From Takakia lepidozioides (Eukaryota > Plantae > Bryophyta), in NCBI GenBank assembly GCA_030704615.1, contig CM060731.1:65286001-65350000 (forward strand): a DNA stretch of 64,000 nucleotides, read 5' to 3'. Under the pieces are notes generated by a model that was given only the letters and a program-made list of their open reading frames with translations, did no database searches and was not told where the DNA came from. The position numbers and the translations under genes are program-made. Shown piece by piece: positions 12,101 through 21,100 of the stretch (positions are counted from its first letter, which is position 1; the number at the start of each line of letters is the position of its first letter).

Positions 12101-15100
12101 AACTGTGAACTTCTTCAGAGCACACACTCTTTGCATCTATTTGTGTGCATAATATACATTCTGGTTCGATCATAAAGAGGTCTATGGCATTCTGGGCTGT
12201 GCACAGCAAGCCCAACCAGCTAGCTCTAGTACAAAAGTAGGACTATGCCTGAAAGTTTCAACAGGCAATTTGGAATCGGAATTCCAACGGCCTTTAGTGA
12301 GTTATGAACATCATGTCAACACATGAGTGAGACCTGCTACTTGGGTGCTGTATATCCATGTTGCATACTAGTCACTATTTTAGATATGGAAGCCATGCTT
12401 CCAAAAAATCCTGGTATTGGGGGAGAGGATTGCTCTTAAATTAGGAGGCTATGCCAAGCATTTTGGGCACTGTGTAGTTACTGTTTTTGACTTCAGCTCT
12501 TATGAATGTGGCCAGTGCTACTACACGGTTGGCACAAACTTGCATCCATAAGTCAAATTAGGAAATACGACCACTCGGTCTCTGCTGAAATCTGAAGGGA
12601 CCTGCGGATATGCAATATCATATTTCATACAAAAGAAATCTTATGGTCATGTGGATCCTTGTGTATTCACATGTTGATACAAAAGGGTGTGGGAGCTCCC
12701 ATATTTCATTGCAATGGGGATGATCCAGAAGGAGTGGCCCATTGCTGTCGATTAGCTGTGGATTGGCGTCAGGTATTTCCTTGTCAGCCTGCCTAAGTCC
12801 TCTGTATGAGAGCATTCCATTTCAATGTATCTCAAAATATTGGCAGTCGATGAGGACACTTCCTGATTGCTTGACAACTTTTTGTCTTACTGTCTGCTAT
12901 TGTTCAATCGCATGTTGTTTTTCAGTTTCTCTTGCACAGGGGGTTAGATATGTATGCTCTCTGCATGTCTGCGCATAAACTCCTAAAAGACATAGCACAC
13001 GTTTGTGACATTCTTTTGGGGTGGTTGAGAATGGGACACCAGTCTACAGTTTTTATCCTTTTTTTGTGGAAGTGGAAGTTAAGGAAGTGGTGGCATGACC
13101 TGCAGAAGTTCCACAGAGATGTGGTGGTGGATCTAGTGTGCTATCGACGGCATGGCCACAATGAGCAAGTGAGAGATTGAATTCCAGCTTTACTTTTTAC
13201 AGACTGTTCAAAGTTGGTGCAGCCTACCTTTATCATGTTGCACCAGAACTGAAAATTTCCCCCTTTATGTCCTGTTATGTTTTTAACAGATTTTCTTTTC
13301 ATGTGTCCCATCACGTTCACTACTTCTGTCCTTCTTTTCACTTCGGAAGATATCGAGTTTATGTGGTTCATCTCTGTGAAGATGCAAGTTGTGCTGACAA
13401 AGTGTAGCGTGTGTCATGACAGGATGATCCGCTGGCAACACAACCATTGACCTACCTCAGAATTCTCAACCATCCCACCACTCTGCAGATCTACTCCCAG
13501 AAGCTGCTGCATGAAGGCATTGTCACGCAGGATGTGTGTTGACTGACCCTGCTCTCCATTTTGCTGTCACTGCCTCTTCTCTGGCTTTGGCTCTGGTTCT
13601 AGCTCTAGTTCTGACTCTTGCCCTGGCTTGGGGATGTTGCTTGGCTCTCTTTGCGCTCCTCCTTGTCACTATTGGCAGTGCAGTTTACTGTGCATTAGGC
13701 TCTGGGTGAATCTATCAAAGGAAATGTTTGATGTGGAGACATCCTTGGTGTCCAATGTGAATGGGTTGGCAACATGGGGGTTCTGAAAGTAGATAATTGT
13801 AAGGGGGAAGTGTTTGCAGAGGTCGCATGTCATGGGTGATGGAGGGTAGATGGGAAGTGTCATGCAGATAATTGACAGGTGGGCTAGTGAGGTCGAGGCA
13901 AGATTCGAGGCTGAGTATACAGCAGCTGATAAGTATGCTACCAGTTTGCATGACTGGCTAGCCAGCAATTGGCAAGGTACACTAAGCTACCAAGATCTTC
14001 TGTTGTGGAGATGGTTCAGTTGCCTGTATAGGTGCCTGTGTGAGAATGTACTCATAAGACGTTGTTTGCTGTAGCCTTGTGGCCATTGACCCCGCGCTCA
14101 GCTTGAGTGGAACACAAAGGGACAGAATCTACCTTTGTCAGGGACTGACACCGGTAGTATGACTTACTTTGGAACAGACAATTGATCCGAGTTTTCCAGA
14201 TATCCTCTAGAAATCCCTTTACACAAGCATCAATCTTCTGTGTGTGGTTTGCCCAATAAGTAGGCCCCAAAAGGGCCTGGGCGGTTCAGTTGCCTGTATA
14301 GGTGCCTGTGTGCAAGAGAATGTACTCATAAGACTTTGTTTGCTGTAGCCTTGTTGCCATAGACCCTGCGACCAGTTTGGACGGAAACAGAGGGAATAGA
14401 TGCCTTTGTGAGGGGCTCACTCCAGTAGTGGGGCTTACCTTGAAATAAACAATCCTCTAGAAAACTCTTCACACCAGCATCAATTTGTCGTGTGTGAGTG
14501 GCCCAAAAGATTGTACTCATAAGACGTTGTTTGCCGTAGCCTTGTGGCCATTGAGTGGCCCAAAAGATTGTACTCATAAGACGTTGTTTGCCGTAGCCTT
14601 TTGGGCCATTGAGTGGCCCAAAAGAGATCATCCTTAAGGTCCTTGCCCATGTCGCAGACTGGAGGAAGTTTTATGCCTAACTTCATTTTCATTGGACAGT
14701 CTTTTGGCATCAGACATAGATATGGACACCAACCCTTCCAGGTCAGCTTCATCCAGTAGGCTCAATTCTCCTGGACCAATGTTCAGATACTTGAAAATCT
14801 CTTAACAGGTCGGTCTTGCTTCCAAGAAATAGTGTAGATTATCTTAGAGTATCTGGTATTAGGCATGCGATTCAACTGACTCCACCATCTGACCTTGAAT
14901 TCATCACGTCAAGAGCTTAAGGGAGGTATGCCAAACTTGCCATGAACAGCCACATTAGCTGATTGTAGAACAAGGCAACATGCTTTCATTGAGTACCGCA
15001 ACCTGAATGGATTCTAGAGATTTAGCCTGGTTGGAATTGTCGACCCACACAGCAGATGCGTATTCCAAGGCTGGCCTAATAATGTTGCAAGAGTGTGCAA

Positions 15101-18100
15101 GAGAAAGACATAAGGAGGGCAGTGGTGGTAAGGGAGAAGTGTTGTCTGTTAATATCCTTTTGTGCACAACTTTGATTACAGGAGAAGCGTTAGGGTCAAA
15201 AGCTGGAAAGCGCTTCATTCAACCAACTGGATTGGATTTGGAGACTCTCCTCAAAGTGGTATGTGTTTTGCTATGATTTTCTTGCGAGCGGTCATGACAA
15301 TTTTCTTCACTTCCCGTACTGAAAGACTTGTACGTGCTGGTTTATGGTTTATGTCAAGTTTCAGGAGTAAGTTATTCTGTTTGGTGTTGAATTCTGTGTA
15401 TGTTTGCTGGGCAGGGCTGTGCCATCAGCACTCCACCATTAGGCTTCAATTTGCATCCAGATGTGAGTATCCTATTTACCGCCCAGCTTGAAGTCATGGA
15501 CAGACACAATCATATTGGTGCTTTACTTTGCCTGTATTGCACGGACAATATCGCTAATGTAGGTTTCTCTGACTGGATCACTGGATCCATGTTGATCATG
15601 AATGGTGGAGGTTGTAGGTTGCATCTCTGTTGAAGGCAAGAAGTCAAATGATGGAGAGTGGCCATGGTATTGATTGGGCGATGGCAGAAGCATTAGCATT
15701 TGGGTAAGGCCTTCACCCTTGATTTACCTTGGATCTGTTTTCCTGTTGAGATGAGAAAGCTAAGAAGGAGAGTGTTCTCAGATGCCTGTTGACACATTTA
15801 ACTTCCTTCTTCAGATAAAGCAGTGGTAAGTGACCATGGCTGGTCAGCAGGTCATTGATGTTGCACGCAGATCCTGCGTGGGGTCAGACGGTGGAGCAAA
15901 ACCCTCATTTTCCAGTCCGACTAAGCGGCCAGGATTGTGAGCGAGGCACTTTCAACCAGCGTCATGCAGTGCTCTATGACCAAACTACATCGAAGAGGTG
16001 TGTTGCTTCAGAGAGGGCGCTGGGCTCTCCATTTCTTTCCATCTGATGTCCATCCTCCTTTCTCCGTTCTCCATGATGATAGAATCTTGCGGCCTAATTA
16101 CCTGTCTGCAGCTCTATCTCCCTCTCTTCTGAGGGCATTGGGGAGGTTCAGGGTGGGCTCCCACAGTCTGCGGATAGAGACTGGGTAACGACCACCTATG
16201 CCCTGCTCGCGCTGGGCACAATGGGGAAAACAAAGTGAAAACATTTCTTCTTTCACTGCCTTTTATACTGTGACATCTGTGGGAGATTGACCTGTCTATT
16301 TGGGGATACCCAATCTCTCATGGAGGTCTTCCATGACGAGGATCAGAAATGCTTGGCAGCTTACCTGCATGAAGTGTTGACTCTCAGACAATCCCTTGAG
16401 CAATAGTTGCTTTTGGGCTGCTTGTGGCCCTTCTCTCTTTCTTGTTTCTCTCTTCCTCTAGTCCCATAAGCTCTTTGAGCTTCCCGTGAATGATATAAAG
16501 TACCATTTCATTTCTCTCACATGCTACAGCAAGCAACGTCTTATGAGTACGTTCTCTCTCTCACATGCACACGCTCACATACACATAACCCTCTTACTGG
16601 TGGGCCTGCAATTTGCAGATACATACCTCTTAATAATATTTGGCCAGGACACCAAGCGCCATTCATAGTTTGCAACTCAAATTTATCGGAAGCTGCTGTT
16701 TTGGGGTTCGAATATGGTTTTAGCTTGGAGAACGAGAATGCTCTGGTGTTATGGGAGGCTCAGGTATGTCAATAGCTTGTTGTATCCACTCCCTCTTTGA
16801 AATGCAACTTGAGGGTGGTCCTATCATGATGCATCTTGCCGGACAACTGCTGTACCTCCGTGCATTTCCTGTGGCTGTACTGTGCTTACCAGTCTGGGGT
16901 GTTTCCCCCATTTGCATAATTTTTGTCTAATAGTTTGCCAATACCTATCGATTATTGTGATGCCGTGATCATTGTTTGGCAGTTTGGAGATTTTGCAAAT
17001 AATGCACAATCAATCGTTGACAACTTCATTGCAAGTGGTGAAGAGAAGTGGATGACACCGACAGGATTGGTGCTCCTTTTACCTCATGGTTATGATGGTC
17101 AGGGACCAGAACATAGCTCAGCACGTCTGGAACGGTTCTTACAGGTTGTCTTTCTCTTCATTCTGTTCCCATAGGCTCTACAGGCTTCTATTGTTGGTCA
17201 TAGTGACCGTGCTTTCTTGTTATATTTTCTTTCTTTCACTATGGCTTTCTAGAGGAATCTCGAAAGCCCAAACCATTTGTTTACACCAAGGTAAGTCCCA
17301 CTACTGGACTTAGCCCCTCACAAAGGTTGTGTCTGATCCCCCTTGTCCCACCCAAACTGGGCGCGGGGTCTATGGCCACAAGGCTACGGAAAACAACGCC
17401 TCACGAGTACTTTCTTTCCCAAATTGCAGCTGTGCGGTGATGATCCTGACCACCTACCTGGATTTGGGCCTCAACACAAAGCCCAAATGGAGGCAGGCTT
17501 CACTGCTGCTGATAAAGGTGTGTCTCAGAACTAGTAGACGCTGGAGTATCTGTATGATCTGTTCATTCTTTTAAGTGCTGTGGCATGTTATCTGTGTGTG
17601 TGTGATAGTGTATAGAACAGACAGACAGAAAGAGCAAGCAAAAATTGAAATGATACTTTATAAGATCTGCCAGAAAGGACAGGGAAAGAAGAAATGTGCT
17701 TCACCTTCCATTTCCCTCCTATTGTCCTGGGCACAAGCAGGGCATAGGCGGTCCGCGTGCTGCAGGCTGTCCCACCTACCAGTTTCTATCCGCAGACTGT
17801 GGACCCCACCTTAAACATCGCCAGTGCCCTCAGAAGAGAGGGAGATAGAGTTGCACACGGGTAAGTGGGCAGCAAGATTCCACTTGGTTTCCAGGTTCGC
17901 CTGACATAAGTTCCATAAACTTCTGTCTCAGGCATCTGTTCCGGTCCTGCTTGGACAAAATTTTCAACCCATTTGTCGCAGTAGAAAAGCAATGGAGAGT
18001 CCGTGGCACTCAAAGAAGTTGGAGACCGGAGCAAAAATTCTTAACGTCCACAGGAAGCTCAAAGAGCTTAAGGGACAAAGGAAAAAGAAAACAAGACAGA

Positions 18101-21100
18101 AATGTGGATCCCCCTACAACCAGCCCCACCACAACCATGAAAGTACAATTTAACTCTATGGTGGAGAACCTCGTGTACATATGCCGCAAGGTATCTCTTA
18201 TCTTTGTCATGGACCACTGCAGTGAGGGAGTGGTTGTCTCTAAAGAGTAGTGGCCCTGGATTATGTTGGTGGAGAGGACATTTGAAAGAAGAAATATTCT
18301 TCAGTCTCAATCTTGTGGAGTATAAGCCTGGGATAGACAGTGGAATTTCCCACAGATCTCATAGTATAGAGGGCAATAGAAGAAGAAGTGTTCTTCAGTT
18401 TCAATGTCCCTTGTGCAAGCTGGACATAGGCGGTCCTCCCGCTGCAGGATTTCCCATCTGTCAGTCTCTATCCGTAGGTTGTGGGAGCCCACCCTGAACC
18501 GCCCCAATGCCCTCAGGAGAGAAGGAGATAAAGATGCCAAAAGGTAATTGGGCTGCAAGATCCTATCATCTCGGAGAACCAAGTATGTTTCTCGATAGAT
18601 ATGGAGCTTTGTCGTGAGATTGGGTAGCTTCCAAGTTCTCCTGACATGTAGTTCCATAAGCTCCCTTCTAATGAGTCTGTTGCGGTCTTGCTTGGATGTG
18701 ATGTTCACCTCTTCTGGATTCACTGATAATAGTGAAGCAATAGAGAATTGAGCATACCAGGAGTGTTTGAAACCTGCAGCTTTGAGCCTAATAGGCGCTG
18801 AGCATTGCTTGGAGAAAAGATGACTACAATGGTTCCAGAAAGAATGCTTAATTGAGTGAAGAAGGGTCAAAGAGTTGCTAGTCACAAGGGACATCTGTCA
18901 TGCCTCAGATGGGAAAGGTTACCTGACAAGGGCAGATTTGAAGGCAGTGATTGAGACTATGAAGGGAGTCAGCCCAGAGCGTGCTGAAATCCTGATGCAT
19001 GAGCTGGACATCACACAGGTGGACCACATCCAACAGTAACTTTCTTATCTTTCCTCCTTTCATGGCTGTTGGTTGAATCATTGGCCCCCCTTGCCTATGG
19101 CTTGTGATGGTTGCTTTTAAGGGAGATGTCCCTTTTCATGGACTGTTCACCAAGGCTGTGAGACATCCCTGTGGTTCCATTCTGACCTTGTAGCAACAGT
19201 AGGAGTTACAGCCATAAAGCTATTGTTGCTTGGTAAGCGGTTCCAGTACTACTCTTCTTCATTGTGTACTTTGCTGTACTTGGGCTGAAAGAGCGGGGGA
19301 AGATCTACTGTGTAACTCAAACTTGTCTTGAAAGCTATCTTAATCCCACAGAACACAGTCTGTTAGATTGAGAAGAACCTTCCACACTTGGCTGTAAGTT
19401 GCAAGCAAGATTTGTGTTGCAAAATGCAGTAGTGAGAAAGGGGACAGAGTTATATGAAACAATGAGTGCTCATTCCTAGCAAGGTGGGGTAAAGATGAGG
19501 TGTCAGGTGCAGAGACTTGTGATGGTGCAGGCAAGACTGGGACATGTTCATGGCCCAATGGATGCGCCGCAATGCTGAAAAAGACCACAACCTGTATGTG
19601 TGCATGCCCCCCCGCTTGGCTGTCTTTCTACTGTTAAACAGGAAGAGATGGGAGTACTGTATTCAGTTTCTTAGTGTATGAGGGAGGATACAGCCAGGAA
19701 GGCAGCAGTATGAGCAGATAAATTGAACCTCAAGGCTTTTCCTTCCATTGTTAATGTCGTTAGGGGCCAGGTTGTATGAGCTCAATGATTCATGGGTCCT
19801 GGAAGCCTGCAGAAGCCTGCCAATATGTCTGCAAATCAATTGGTCACTGCCGCCCGCTTAGTGCCTTTATTTAAATGATGTGTAGAAGTTGACCCTCCCA
19901 CAGCCTTCATAGAGACATCATATAGAATGCATACTCACAATACTCAAGTTAGTGGGCTCGAATTGGCCGTCAGCTTACATCTTGAGGGGGTGTCCAGTAA
20001 TCCCTTCATAATACAGGGAGGATGTATGGGTCTGTCTTTCAGAACATGCTGGCAAATTTGGGGTGATGTTGACAGTTTGATGCCATAGATGCTAGAACAC
20101 AACTTAGATGATGTTTCTATTGCATACACAATAGAGATGTGGGCAGATTCTGCCATAACTTGTCTCCCTGGGATTGCAGATGTGTAGTGAACATAACTAC
20201 ACCAGCCAACTATTTTCATGTCTTGCGGCGCCAGGTGAGCCTTTCTTCCTCTATGAATGGCAGCGGAGGGAATAGATTAGAGATATGATGTCTTTCAAGC
20301 TGTACTCATTTGGTTCTTTCTTGCAGATGAATCGGCCATATTCCAAGCCTCTTGTTGTCATGAGTCCCAAGGTATGCCTATTGCTGCATTTTTACTATCA
20401 AGCCATCGACCTTGTGGTGACTATATGTTGTGGTGTTGGATGCTATGCATATATATTTTCTTGTTGTCATCCAAACTCTGCTCTGATGTAAAGGAAATGG
20501 AGGAAGTGGAACAAGAAACAAACATGTCTGGACACTGGTGGTCGCGAATTCAACCATGACTAATAGTATTGAACCTAGGTATGGTCTAAAGTATGGATCG
20601 GAGGCATCATGATGTGTGGGATGGCAGTTTCTTCTACATCACAAGCCATGTGTATCAAAACTCAGTGACATGACAACTGGAACCTACTTTAGGTACACAC
20701 GTTACTCATTTGCAACTGTCGCTTTTCCATCTCCATTCTTTGATTACGTTCGATCCCTCCTCCCCCCCGGGTCATCTGTCCCTCTGTTATTCTGATTTTT
20801 TAAGTTTGTTTCCAGGCGAGTAATAGCAGATGGAGATGTGGCAGACAACACCCGTCACACTTTTGACTTGCTCCCTCGCAAGGATGTGCGCAGGCTCATC
20901 ATATGTTCTGGCAAGGTTTCTCCAAATACTCTTAACAACTCACTATGCAGACCTGGGCTAATTGGGGGCCAGGGTCTATGTGTATCAAGTGTGTACGTGT
21001 GTGTGTATATGTGAAAAGAAGTGTGATGAAAGGGTTTTACCATTAGGTTGCTTAGATTAGGCCTGACACAAGCATCCAATAGATGGCCCATCATTTAGGA

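Noticed and set aside
14495-14625. CRISPR-like repeat-spacer array
   Set aside because: The 'spacers' are near-identical LINE tails and the repeats are TSDs; eukaryotic context with no cas genes.
18909-19018. Shorter exon 22 using the donor CAG|GTGGAC at 19019
   Set aside because: It ends in phase 0 and puts exon 23 out of frame; the donor at 19036 keeps the frame and completes the second EF loop.
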